64,000 nt of DNA from Lama glama (Eukaryota), in the NCBI GenBank assembly GCA_028534125.1, contig CM052832.1, positions 6,326,001 to 6,390,000 of the forward strand. The letters run 5' to 3'. Under the pieces are notes generated by a model. The model ran no database searches. It saw only the letters and a program-made list of their open reading frames with translations, and had not been told where the DNA came from. Numbering within the stretch: the stretch's first letter is position 1; the number at the start of each line of letters is the position of its first letter. This document shows, piece after piece, positions 55,700 through 64,000 of the stretch. A program made the position numbers and the translations under genes.

Positions 55700-58600
55700 C
55701 TTATATGCATCTATACACACACACACACACACAAATAGAATGCTACTCAGCCATAAAAAAGAATGAAATAACACCACTTGCAGCAACATGAATGGTCCTA
55801 GAGATGCTCATACTGAGTGAAGTAAGTTAGACAGAAAAAGACAAATATTATATGATATCACTTACATGTGAAATCTAAAAAATAGTACAAGTGAAATTAC
55901 AAAACAGAAACAGACTTAGACTTAGAAAACAAACTTACGGTTACCAAAGGGGAAAGGGAGAGGGAAGGGATAAATTGGGAGTATGGGATTAACAGATGCA
56001 CACTTAAAAAGTTTTTTTTTTAAACCCACAAAAGAAAAACAAAAAGAAAAAGAAAGAAAACAGAAGAGCGGACAGTGTTTGTGTGGGGCTGAGACCACTT
56101 TGAGTTTTCAGTGAAGAAAGGGTTCCCCCATCCGCACTGTTTCCCTGAGACAGGGCTACGTAAAAAGAATCAGAAACCATCTTTCCCATCGTTTGTCATC
56201 GCTGAGCCCACGTCTCCCCACATTTTATTTTAAAGGTGAAACGTCATGCTTTGTGAAGCCATCTCTGTAATAACCCATGCCAAAGCGTTCTCCTCAGTAG
56301 CAACCCAGGGGCAAGTAGATAAAGGATGGTCCTGAATTTCCACCGTGAGCAGTCCTCTGCCCTCAGAAATTGTCTCTGGAACAGGACCCAGAATGTCTGC
56401 AAGAGTCATGGCTCTATTCCTAAGCTTGCTAGAGTTCACTGAGGGATCTGTGGTCATTCTCACATGTGTTGGTGACTGAGCCTTAGACATCAACGTGGGA
56501 AGCATTTAAGAGCTCCCCATCTCTCTGAGTCACTGTCCCTTGACCCCACCAAGCACACCTCTTCCAGGGGACAGCCAAGGTCACTTCTCCACTGTCCCCT
56601 CATCCTAGCCCAGCCGCCAACATGTTTTATTCACTCATCTTCGTTCCTCTGCTCTTTCTTCATACCAAGTCCAAGTTCCTAGTAGGACATTTCTTAGGTA
56701 TTTTAAGAATTTCTGCAATGGCTGAGAACTCAATTGATGCTAAATTTAAGTTGATAAGAGGAGGGTGTGCTCATCAAAGAGTCAGGGTCCCCTGGAGACT
56801 AGATTTTCTGCAACAAATGTCATTTTCCCATTCAAGTCTGGTCCTGAGTAGAGGTGGAAGCCAGTCATCCTTAAGGGAGACCAGAAGGAATAAGTGTTTA
56901 CAAATATTGCCTAGGGTATTCCAGTCATGGCTGCCTGGAATTCCTACTATTAATTATGCCTTTGGATTAAGGTGGTGCTTCTCAACCTTGGCTGCACACT
57001 GACATCACCAGAGAAGCTTAAAAGCTGCGGATGCCTGAATCGCAGCCCGAGAGGTTCTGATCTACTTGGGCTTGGACGCGGGTATTTCTCAAGCTTCTGG
57101 GATGATTCTCGTACACCAGAGCTGAGAATCCCTTGGATTAAGGCATTATGTCCCTAAGACTCCTGGTAACCTGCGTATCTGTGATCTGGATAAGTGCACT
57201 TTAAGCTCCCGTTATTTTCTATGGCTTAGATTTCACAGGCAACAGAGAGAAGATTCTTGGGGATTGGAGGTGCGAATGAGGTATAGAGGAAATAAATTCT
57301 GTTAGGGAAAGCAGGTGCAGATTAAAGTCAGATGTGTGTGGAAAATGCTAAGGGGCTTTGGAAAATCAGGGGCAAAATAAAGAAATTGGGTAAGTCGGAA
57401 AAGGTCACTGAAAGAAAAGAGAAAAAGGAGTTCAAAAATAAAAACTCTACCTAAGTCTGACCCTATCTCCATGATCTTCTCCCATCTTTTCATTTGTCCC
57501 CTTTGTTTCCATGTTTCCAATGCAGGGGAGACAATCACGTGCCAAGACCCTCTAATCGGCGTTGGGGAGCCTGAGAAGGCCGTTGAAAAGCTTTGTCGGT
57601 TTTCCCAAGTTCACAGAAGCCCCAGGAGTCCCATTGGCGGGGTCATAACTTACAAATGTGTGGGCTCCCAGTGGAAGGTCAAGAGGAATGAGTGCATCTC
57701 GGCCCCGATAAACACTCTGCTCCAGCTGGCCCAGGTGATGCTTCGACCTCTGACTCTGAGCTCTTGGTGGGGAGATGTGTTTAGCTTATCCCAGTTCTCA
57801 GCACTCAGGAAAATGGGCTTTGGGCTGTTTGGGGTTGCTTTCGAAGCTCCTTTTCTTCATTTCCAAAGAAGCTGCAACCCTAGAAATGCTTAATAGTTCG
57901 CTGAAATGCGAATACGGAGGCAACAAAATACGTGTTCCGCTCTAGGACCAGCTGGACACCTTCCCCTTGACGTCTTAGTACCTTGTTTCCATTTCCTCCA
58001 AGATGTAAGTAGTGTTATCGCATCTCACTGCTCTCCTCTAAGGAATTTTTATATCAAGCAGATAGCTCTCATCTTTTCAGAAAGAGGAGCAACATAAAAA
58101 ATAAGGTTGATCAGTGGGGGAGAAAAACAGTCGGGCTTTATGCGCTTACTGAGATTTCCTCCATCCTTGGAGGTGCCTATAGTCACAGAAGAAGGGACTA
58201 GCCAGCCTCTCTTACGTAGAACGGAAGTTCCTGCCATGTGGCTGGGGAAATGTGTCACCTCTCATACTTGGGCTGCTAAGAGTTAGAGACTCCTAAAATT
58301 CCATGAGTTACAATAAGTAAACACTGATAGACGACTGGTGGGATGACAGCTAATGGCGACAACTTCGGACAACCAGCTGCAAAGTGTCTCACCCGCACCC
58401 TTCAATGGAAGAATTGAGGAAAACCGGTGATATTGGTTTATGTCTTATCTAATTATCTCCTGTACTTCCTCTTGTCTTACATCAAATTCCTTAAAATACC
58501 TACTATGTGTAAAACATTATTATAGGTCCTATCAGTGTGAAGAGGTCAAAGCAGAACTTGACCTCTGCTTGGATAGAGACTACAGATGTTACATACATAT

Positions 58601-61600
58601 TAATTTTGGCTAGCATAATCAGGAAGTTCTACTTTAAAAACTTGGCATCCGAGTTAGACCTCGATGAATGAAGTATCGGGAAGATAAATTATCCTAATGG
58701 AGAAAGGCAGAAATTATAATTTGAACTCGACATTGGGCTCTTGCCCCAATTCTAGATACTTACTACATGTATTTTCAATGGAAAAGGAGCATGCTGACCT
58801 ATCATGCTCCATTTGGTTTATCCATTCCACATATGTTCTTGACCACCTACTACGCGCAAAGTTAAATGACTTGTCCTGTGTGAGGCATCATGGGATAGGA
58901 AAAGGGTATAAAGAAATATAACACATGGCTCACTTTGTCAAGGAGCTAATCATTTAATTGGAGAGATATTAAAATGGAAACACAAGATGACATTGGCAAA
59001 GATGTCACAAAAGTAAATTCTGTTAAATAAAACAAACATGTATGCATTCAGAGGAAGAACTCCCCTGGATGGGACCACTCATCAAAGTTCTTTACGGAGA
59101 AGTTCAAATTTTAGTTCATTCTTTTAAGTGGTGGTTAGTTAGGACACATACATGTGATCATTATAGACAGGGTGACTGTATAATGCATCACCCAAACCAG
59201 GACGCTTTTTGAAAATAAAAGAGGGCACTGTTAATAATTACACTGGGACATCAGATCTAAACCAGAACGGTCCCAGGAAGTTCGGGATGGAGGTCACTCT
59301 AATGGTCAGCAAGGTCAGTAATGAGAAACAGCAGAATGGCAAAGGTGCTTTCATACAGACCATCAAGTGACAGTTTAACACAACTTTAATCCAGTTCTCT
59401 CATGATCACATCTGCTTCCTGGTTTTTTTTTTTTTTCCCAACTAGTCATCAGGTTGACACATGCCTTACTGTTCCCCTCCCGTGGGTGAGGTCTCATGTA
59501 ACATTCCATCTGAAGAGCACACACAGATGGTTGAAGAGATAGTAAGTTAGCTTATGGGATCTACTTATGGGAATGAAGGGGGGAGAAAGGAAACTACAGA
59601 TGTGAGAGACTGTGTCATGGATGGATCAGCAGGATTTGATGGCTGGACTGATGGGCAAGTTTTTGCTTGTCTGTTTGTGTTGGCTTTTGTCTTACTAGGC
59701 TTTGATCAAGAGCCCCTCTCAGGATAAGAAGCTCCCGTCCTACCTGAAGGATCTTTCTGTTAGCACAGACAAGGCAAAACATGACGTCAGCTTGTTTCCT
59801 GGGGACCTGGGAGCCATCATCAGCATCCTTGATTTGCTCTCGATGGTTCCAACCCAAGTGGATTCAGAAATGATGATGGTGAGTTTGTTTCATCCTGGCA
59901 GGAGCTTGGGGACTCATCTTTTCATCCCTCAGAACTTGGGGTCAAGAAATGTAACTCCTCCCCATTGTAGCTTCTTCTCTGTCTTTTCCAGAGAATCTTT
60001 TGCCACCTCTGGCTTTTATCATATCAGGGAGTGTTTCCAGTATTTATTTGGGGATCTTAAGAAGATTTCTTTAGAGAATCTTGCTTTAGTTTCTTCATTA
60101 AAATAGAATTGAAAATTTTTTTTAATTGCAGTATAGTCAGTTTACAATGTGTAAATTTCTGGTGCACAGCGTAGTGATTCAGTTATACACATATACATTC
60201 CTTTTCATATTCTTTTTCATTATAGGCTATTATGAAATATTGAATATAGTTTCCTATTCTGTGCAGGAGGACCTCGTTGCATATGTATTTTATGTATCGT
60301 AGTTAGTAGAACAAATTCTTATCTGCTTTCTATGAAAACAAGGAAGGAAAAGTTTTCAGAGTATGTACAAGGTGGGGTCCTCAATGGTCTATCAGTAAGT
60401 CTTTGAAGCAGTTGGGGATCTCAGAGGAAAGAGGATTCACCCACCAGGGTTTGAATGAAGAGACTTTAATGAAGGGATAGTTACAGGGGTAAAGCCAGGA
60501 ATTAAAAAACCGGTGGTGAGGCACTCAGAGACCAGCACTATTTAGAGGTTGTTAGTACCCTGAGAATAATGAAGAAAGCACAGGAAATCCCATGCGAGGG
60601 ATTTCCAAGGGAGGGCTGAAGGCTTGGAGGGAGGAGGGATCGCCCAGCAGGAGCTACAGTACTGGAGGACACTATGGTCGCCAAAGATGTACTGAGAGTG
60701 GAAACAGGGGTGCAATGGGTAGCAGGGAAAATATATTTCAGCTTCTTTATTCTCTCATCCTGCCCACTCCTGCCGATGCTTCTCATTGGCCAAACCCAAC
60801 CAGAGGCAACTGGCAAGCAGCTTGGGTAACAAGAGTCTAAGGATGTTACATAGATTTTCTAAGGCTGTTGTACCAAATTGCCACAAACTGGGTGGCTTAC
60901 AGTGATGGAAATGTACCCTGTCACAGTTCATGAGGCTAGAAGTCTGAAATCAAGGTGCTTGGGGACCATATTTCCTCCGATGGCTCTAGGGGAGAATCCT
61001 TCCTGCCTCTTCCAGGTTGCAGTAGCTCCAGTGGTCTTTGGCTGTGGCTGCCTCACTCCACCCTCCCTGACTGTCTGCACATGGTCTTCGCCATTTGCCT
61101 TCTCCTCTCCTGCCTTATAAGGATACTTGTCATTGGGTATAGAGCCCATGATGGTTTTGCACATGGTCATCCACGATGATTTTCTCTCCAGATCCTTAAC
61201 TTCATTACATCTGCACAGACCCTTTCTCCACGTGAGGTCACATTCACAGGGTGTGGGGATTCAGCCAAGCCATTTGGGGGCCACCATTTATCTAATTCCA
61301 GGCTCCTAATTTCAGAGAACAGAACAAGGCAAAGAAGCCACGTCTCTCCATTAGAGACACCACAAATGGAAAATGACAACCCCAAGTTCATGAGAGAGAG
61401 AATCAAAACGTTTAGGAAAAAAAAAAAAAGAAAGATGAAGACCTTGACAGCGCTCTCATTGCTCATTCGATGCTCAGCATTCGAGAGGGTCTTCTGAGAC
61501 TACCTCACCCTTGCTGGCAAAATGCCATCCCTCAAAAATGCTCAGCAGGCTTGAGATTTAAAACAATACAATAAGTATCTCTGCTAACCTGCCGAATTGG

Positions 61601-63276
61601 CCTTAGCGGGTGGCACGGGAGCAGAGTTCTCACCGTCACAATAGCTAAATGTGCAACGAAGTCTCACAGTCAAGGGGACCCATCATCTGATAATTTCCTC
61701 CATAAGAAGTCAGGTCACAGTTCCTCATAGCTTGTAATGCCACATTCTTCTCTTCTCTTTTCCTCTTTCCTGGACTCATTTAACCAGTTTCTGGGGAGGT
61801 GTTTTTTTGTTTGTTTTGTTTTGTTTTCTTCCTCTCTTCTATGATTGAGAAACAGTTGGTTAGTTTGACCCCGTGCCATGTCAATTACAGCACGTTCTCT
61901 CCACGGTCAACATCATCCTCGGCAAGCCCATCTTGAATACCTGGAAGATGTCACAACAGCAACAGACCAATCAGAGCTCGCAGCTCCTGAATTCAGTGGA
62001 AAGATTTTCCCGAGCTTTACGGTCAGAAAGCAGCACCATCTCCCATCCCAACGTGCAGATGAAGAGCATGGTGATAAAATCTGGCCACCCCAAATCCTAC
62101 AAACAGAGCTTTGTTTTCTTAGACTCTGACCTCTGGGGCAACGTGACCATCGATGAGTGCCAGCTCCAGCACCTGCAGCCAGAGACATCTGTTGTCACTG
62201 TGGCTTTCCCGACTCTCAAAACCATCCTTGCCCAGGATACTCAGGAAAAGAATTCTGCAGACAGCTTAGTGATGACAACCATTGTCAGCCACCGTCTACC
62301 CACGCCATTCAGGATTGCAATGACTTTCAAGAGCAACAACCCTCCGGGCTGGGTACCCCAGTGCGTCTTCTGGAACTTCAGCCTCGCCAACCACACAGGG
62401 GGCTGGGACAGCAGTGGCTGCTATGTTAAAGAAGTCACCGAGGACAGCGTGTCCTGCAGCTGTGACCACCTCACATCCTTCTCCATCCTCATGTCCCCCG
62501 ATTCCCCAGACCCCAGTTCTCTCCTGAAAATCCTACTGGATATCATTTCCTACATTGGCTTGTGCTTTTCCATCGTGAGCTTAGCAGCCTGTCTCGTTGT
62601 GGAAGCTGTGGTGTGGAAATCGGTGACCAAGAACCGGACTTCCTCCATGCGTCACACCTGCATAGTGAACATCGCCGCCTCCCTTCTGGTCGCCGACATC
62701 TGGTTCATCGTGGCGGCCGCCATCCACGACCATCACTACCCACTCAGCGAGACGGCCTGTGTGGCCGCCACCTTCTTCATCCACTTCTTCTACCTCAGCG
62801 TCTTCTTCTGGATGCTGACGTTGGGCCTCATGCTCTTCTATCGGCTGGTCTTCATCCTGCACGACACGAGCAAGTCCCTGCAGAAGGCCATTGCGTTTTC
62901 CCTCGGCTATGGCTGCCCTCTGGTCATCTCTGTCATCACGGTGGGGGCCACCCAACCCCAGGAGGTCTACACAAGGAAGAATGCCTGCTGGCTCAACTGG
63001 GAGGACACCAAGGCCCTGCTGGCCTTCGTCATCCCCGCACTGATCATCGTGGTGGTGAACGTGACCATCACCGTGGTGGTCATCACCAAGATCCTGAGAC
63101 CTTCCATCGGGGACAAACCCAGCAAGCAGGAGAAGAGCAGCCTGTTTCAGATCAGCAAGAGCATCGGGGTCCTCACGCCACTCCTGGGGCTCACCTGGGG
63201 CTTCGGTCTCGCCACCGTGTTCCAAGGGAGCAATGCCGTCTTCCACATTGTATTCACCCTCCTCAATGCCTTCCAG
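18149..63276 (+). CDS. ADGRF5: Adhesion G protein-coupled receptor F5 (GPR116), spliced CDS of 16 exons, 3' end beyond the window
   Basis: Join 18149-18250, 24799-24853, 34413-34583, 37447-37623, 37748-37854, 39459-39517, 40266-40408, 42221-42442, 43377-43580, 47118-47288, 49821-50030, 51994-52206, 54839-54991, 57526-57734, 59699-59878, 61891-63276 = 3762 nt with no stops. Every intron is GT-AG with matching phase. The translation matches recalled ADGRF5 ([10 protein letters not shown]..., SEA, Ig, GPS, 7TM). Confidence 0.97.
20060..20530 (-). mobile_element. Old L1 (L1MB-like) 3' fragment
   Basis: cataaaatttaccatc..., aaaactgaaactctgtaccc..., tttgtttatccatttatccatcaatgg. Confidence 0.75.
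20560..20712. mobile_element. MER5-like hAT MITE
   Basis: gaatccagctggg...aaagtgcagatt...tctggggtggggccc...tttctgacaagc...gggaccaaact. Confidence 0.6.
21424..21565 (-). mobile_element. Vic-1-like SINE with degenerate target-site duplication
   Basis: atggaggtactggggattgaccccaggacctc...gagctacaccctccc, with flanking repeats ccgaagctctggttt and ctgaggctctggttt. Confidence 0.8.
21790..21967 (+). mobile_element. Vic-1-like SINE
   Basis: gctcggtggtagag...aaggtcctgggttcaatccccagtacctcc followed by an A-rich tail. Confidence 0.8.
23150..23400. mobile_element. MIR, representative copy (similar copies at about 680-870, 7090-7330, 7490-7670, 10810-11040, 13840-14030, 23860-24270, 41540-41690, 46810-46980, 50510-50730)
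   Basis: MIR core tgtgtgaccttaggcaagttatttgacctctctg...ttttctcatc...gaggattaaat. Confidence 0.8.
24799..24853 (+). CDS. ADGRF5: ADGRF5 coding exon 2, furin-type RQKR site
   Basis: tctttcag|CTT...ACT G|gtacgt; 55 nt; [18 protein letters not shown]. Too short to appear in the ORF track. Confidence 0.9.
26173..26420 (-). mobile_element. L1 3' end (L1MA-like)
   Basis: tgaagtatagttgatttacaatgttgtgttagttt...tatctgctaaccccaaactcc. Confidence 0.8.
27295..27475 (-). mobile_element. L1 3' end, same subfamily as 2398-2657
   Basis: Shares ttttacaatgttgtgtcaaattcca...gcacaatttttcagt with the 2.4-kb copy; atttcttttt flanks both sides. Confidence 0.8.
34413..34583 (+). CDS. ADGRF5: ADGRF5 coding exon 3
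   Basis: tttcag|TT...G|gtgagt; 171 nt; [56 protein letters not shown]. Confidence 0.95.
35940..36056 (-). mobile_element. Vic-1-like SINE with (TTTG)n tail
   Basis: ggtactggggattgaacccaggaccttgtgcatgctaagcatgtgctctaccactgagctatatcc. Confidence 0.85.
36480..37180. mobile_element. MLT1-type LTR, possibly interrupted
   Basis: caacaaattacccccaaacttag...aaaacaacaaacatt...cacagtttctgagggccag...gggccatcttgaaggctg. Confidence 0.7.
37447..37623 (+). CDS. ADGRF5: ADGRF5 coding exon 4, Cys-rich segment
   Basis: gacag|TC...G|gtaagt; 177 nt; [58 protein letters not shown]. Confidence 0.95.
37748..37854 (+). CDS. ADGRF5: ADGRF5 coding exon 5, SEA domain start
   Basis: ttag|AT...GCG|gtaggt; 107 nt; [36 protein letters not shown]. 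Confidence 0.95.
38900..39290 (+). mobile_element. ERVL LTR-like relic (LTR16-like)
   Basis: 3' end resembling recalled ERVL LTR termini (...tttgcttcctggagaaccc). Boundaries uncertain. Confidence 0.4.
39459..39517 (+). CDS. ADGRF5: ADGRF5 coding exon 6, SEA domain
   Basis: ttttccag|TTC...AG|gtaaga; 59 nt; [19 protein letters not shown](R). Confidence 0.93.
40266..40408 (+). CDS. ADGRF5: ADGRF5 coding exon 7, SEA autoproteolysis motif G|SVIV
   Basis: ccatccag|G...A|gtaagt; 143 nt; [47 protein letters not shown]. Confidence 0.93.
40800..40965. mobile_element. MER5A hAT MITE
   Basis: Terminal inverted repeats cagcggttctca ... tgagaaccactg, interior caagccctccaggtgattctgatgca. Confidence 0.85.
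42221..42442 (+). CDS. ADGRF5: ADGRF5 coding exon 8, Ig-like domain
   Basis: ttttccag|TT...G|gtgggt; 222 nt; [38 protein letters not shown]...[11 protein letters not shown]. Confidence 0.95.
43377..43580 (+). CDS. ADGRF5: ADGRF5 coding exon 9, Ig-like
   Basis: ctgcag|GT...G|gtgaga; 204 nt; [25 protein letters not shown]...[24 protein letters not shown]. Confidence 0.95.
46442..46587 (+). mobile_element. Vic-1-like SINE
   Basis: gggtataactcagtggtagaatgcgtgcttagcatgcaagaggtcttgggttcaatcccc followed by an A-rich tail. Confidence 0.85.
47118..47288 (+). CDS. ADGRF5: ADGRF5 coding exon 10
   Basis: ttgcag|GA...G|gtaagg; 171 nt; [56 protein letters not shown]. Confidence 0.95.
48180..48345 (-). 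mobile_element. L1 3' end fragment
   Basis: ttgaagtacagtctatttacaaagttgtgttagtttcaggtgtacag. Confidence 0.7.
49336..49388. repeat. (TTTA)n microsatellite
   Basis: Directly visible, next to a short antisense L1 tail. Confidence 0.9.
49821..50030 (+). CDS. ADGRF5: ADGRF5 coding exon 11, Ig-like
   Basis: tctttcag|CC...G|gtgagc; 210 nt; [33 protein letters not shown]...[12 protein letters not shown]. Confidence 0.95.
51994..52206 (+). CDS. ADGRF5: ADGRF5 coding exon 12
   Basis: ctctcag|GA...G|gtgagg; 213 nt; [34 protein letters not shown]...[25 protein letters not shown]. Confidence 0.95.
52627..53203 (+). mobile_element. Internal L1 ORF2 fragment (start of the RT region), interrupted by a SINE
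   Basis: Degenerate ORF2 motifs ([51 protein letters not shown]), bounded by a 20-bp direct repeat. Confidence 0.9.
52693..52856 (+). mobile_element. Vic-1-like SINE nested in the L1 fragment
   Basis: gggtgtagctcaagtggta...gaggtcctgggttcaatcc, (AATA)n and an A-rich tail. L1 sequence resumes at aaaagtccagg. Confidence 0.85.
53858..54160. repeat. AT-rich low-complexity tract
   Basis: About 300 bp of degenerate (TA/TAA)n. Confidence 0.95.
54839..54991 (+). CDS. ADGRF5: ADGRF5 coding exon 13
   Basis: attccag|CA...G|gtgaga; 153 nt; [50 protein letters not shown]. Confidence 0.95.
55385..56063 (+). mobile_element. 5'-truncated L1 (ORF2 C-terminus plus part of the 3'UTR) with target-site duplication and internal (TA)n/(CA)n
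   Basis: Translation [20 protein letters not shown]...[21 protein letters not shown] is the L1 ORF2 C-terminus. Flanks AGGAGTGGACAGTGTTTG (55367-55384) and AAGAGCGGACAGTGTTTG (56064-56081). Confidence 0.92.
56972..57135. mobile_element. MER5-like hAT MITE
   Basis: gtgcttctcaaccttggctgcacac...gaggttctgat...gatgattct...gctgagaatc. Confidence 0.65.
57526..57734 (+). CDS. ADGRF5: ADGRF5 coding exon 14
   Basis: tgcag|GG...CAG|gtgatg; 209 nt; [25 protein letters not shown]...[28 protein letters not shown]. Confidence 0.95.
59168..59301. mobile_element. MER94-like hAT-Blackjack MITE
   Basis: Terminal inverted repeats cagggtgac ... gtcactcta, about 134 bp; interior ttaataattacactgggaca resembles the recalled consensus. 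Confidence 0.7.
59699..59878 (+). CDS. ADGRF5: ADGRF5 coding exon 15, helical start of the GAIN region
   Basis: cttactag|GCT...ATG|gtgagt; 180 nt; [25 protein letters not shown]...[15 protein letters not shown]. Confidence 0.95.
60115..60305 (-). mobile_element. L1 3' end fragment
   Basis: tttaattgcagtatagtcagtttacaatgtg...attctttttcattatagg. Confidence 0.75.
60845..61290. mobile_element. MLT1-type solo LTR
   Basis: ccacaaactgggtggctta...ggctagaagtctgaaatcaaggtg...ggctctaggggagaatccttcctgcc...gaggtcacattcacagg. Confidence 0.8.
61891..63276 (+). CDS. ADGRF5: ADGRF5 coding exon 16, GAIN/GPS, tethered agonist and TM1 into TM7
   Basis: ttacag|CAC...CAG|gtacgt; 1386 nt. GPS CVFWNF...WDSSGC...[13 protein letters not shown], with cleavage between 62472 and 62473, followed by hydrophobic helices up to [12 protein letters not shown]. 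Confidence 0.98.
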
Positions 63277-63659
63277 GTACGTCCTGCAGGGCAGCGCTCT
63301 CGGGGAGGGTCTGTGCTGCTGGGACAAACTAATGAGAGAAACACAAACAGGAGTAGGAATGGGGAAGGATTTTAGTTCCGAGGACGCCCTAGCCCTAAAG
63401 AACGGTGATGACAGGAGCTCAGTGAAGCAGGAAGGGCACATTCCTCGGGTCCCATGGAAGCTCGTACCTCTTAACGCCTGTGTTATGATCTGGTCACATA
63501 TGCCACTCTCTTCTAAGTGCCCCGACAGTACAAATAAGAGCAAAGTCCCTTCCCCACACTGGATTTTGCTCTTTATCCAACATTATCTGGATGCTGTCTA
63601 TTCTTTCCTAGATGAAAATACTGCCCTGAAACCAAACAGTCCCTCCAGCTGACTTCCAC

Positions 63660-63790
63660 AAGCACTAAATGAGCTGTCTTTGTGAGGTCAGGGGCAGCAT
63701 CTGTCTTATTTGTCACTACATCCCTCATGCAGACAAAGACCTGGGCACAGAGCCGGTGCTCAGTAACCATCTGGTGAATGAAATGAATGC
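63660..63790. mobile_element. L2 3' end fragment (similar relic at about 11120-11240)
   Basis: ggcagcatctgtcttatttgtcact...cctgggcacagagccggtgctcagtaa...gtgaatgaaatgaatg. Confidence 0.65.
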
Positions 63791-64000
63791 TGTGTACCAC
63801 GTAGCAGGTTCTTTGAAAACAGTTGCTGAAGGACGAAAGACTGAATTCTCTATGTAAGGCAGGCATTCTGCTCCATTATACTAAAATGAAAAAGACATCC
63901 TTTTTGCACATGACTAATCAGAACGCGAGCCACCTTGTTAGGAGGGCTTTTGCAGAGGTACAGACAGCAAGCCTTTGGAGCACAAGGAAAGGGATGCTTA

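Noticed and set aside
55371..55766. 131-aa ORF with a recognisable protein motif
   Set aside because: Fragment of the L1 ORF2 C-terminus disrupted by a (TA)n expansion, not a host gene
62562..63332. 256-codon alternative-frame ORF on the + strand
   Set aside because: It starts at GTG with no internal Met. Its codons begin at the C/G-rich third positions of the real frame, which removes stop codons.
63277..63375. In-frame tail of the 500-aa ORF after FQ
   Set aside because: Intron read-through past a canonical CAG|GTACGT donor; the real end of TM7 and the C-terminus are in exons outside the window
62581..63543. 320-codon antisense ORF over the 7TM exon
   Set aside because: It starts at TTG, is in codon register with the sense frame and ends at a sense TTA codon. 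GC3-rich sense codons avoid TTA, CTA and TCA, so antisense stops are depleted. Shadow ORF.
1..64000. CRISPR arrays, operons or other prokaryote-type systems, and the many 60-170 aa ORFs
   Set aside because: Eukaryotic intron-rich DNA with no regularly spaced repeat-spacer array. The non-exonic ORFs mostly use non-ATG starts, overlap repeats or lack recognisable domains.

Overview
Mammalian genomic DNA, most likely camelid (alpaca or camel), judged from several tRNA-derived Vic-1-type SINE copies. Almost the whole window is one + strand gene, the adhesion GPCR ADGRF5 (GPR116/Ig-Hepta). I rebuilt 16 consecutive coding exons by hand (18149-63276). All have GT-AG introns with matching phases and give an uninterrupted 3762-nt, 1254-codon frame. 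The frame encodes a signal peptide, a furin-type RQKR site, a SEA domain with its G|SVIV cleavage motif, Ig-like domains, a GAIN/GPS domain (HL|TSFSILM) and the 7TM region into TM7. The last exons lie beyond the window. A candidate non-coding first exon and promoter sit at about 3240-3495. The remainder is intronic: MIR, L1, L2, MLT, MER and SINE relics, microsatellites and a 500-N assembly gap. I see no convincing new biological system. The best leads are a 3'-truncated, tail-less L1 ORF2 fragment with a perfect 20-bp direct repeat, an L2-tail-like hairpin in a 124-nt intron, a FOX:ETS/SOX motif cluster in intron 1, an inverted SINE pair and a uORF. Repeat family names and human protein comparisons are from memory, not from database searches, and repeat boundaries are approximate.
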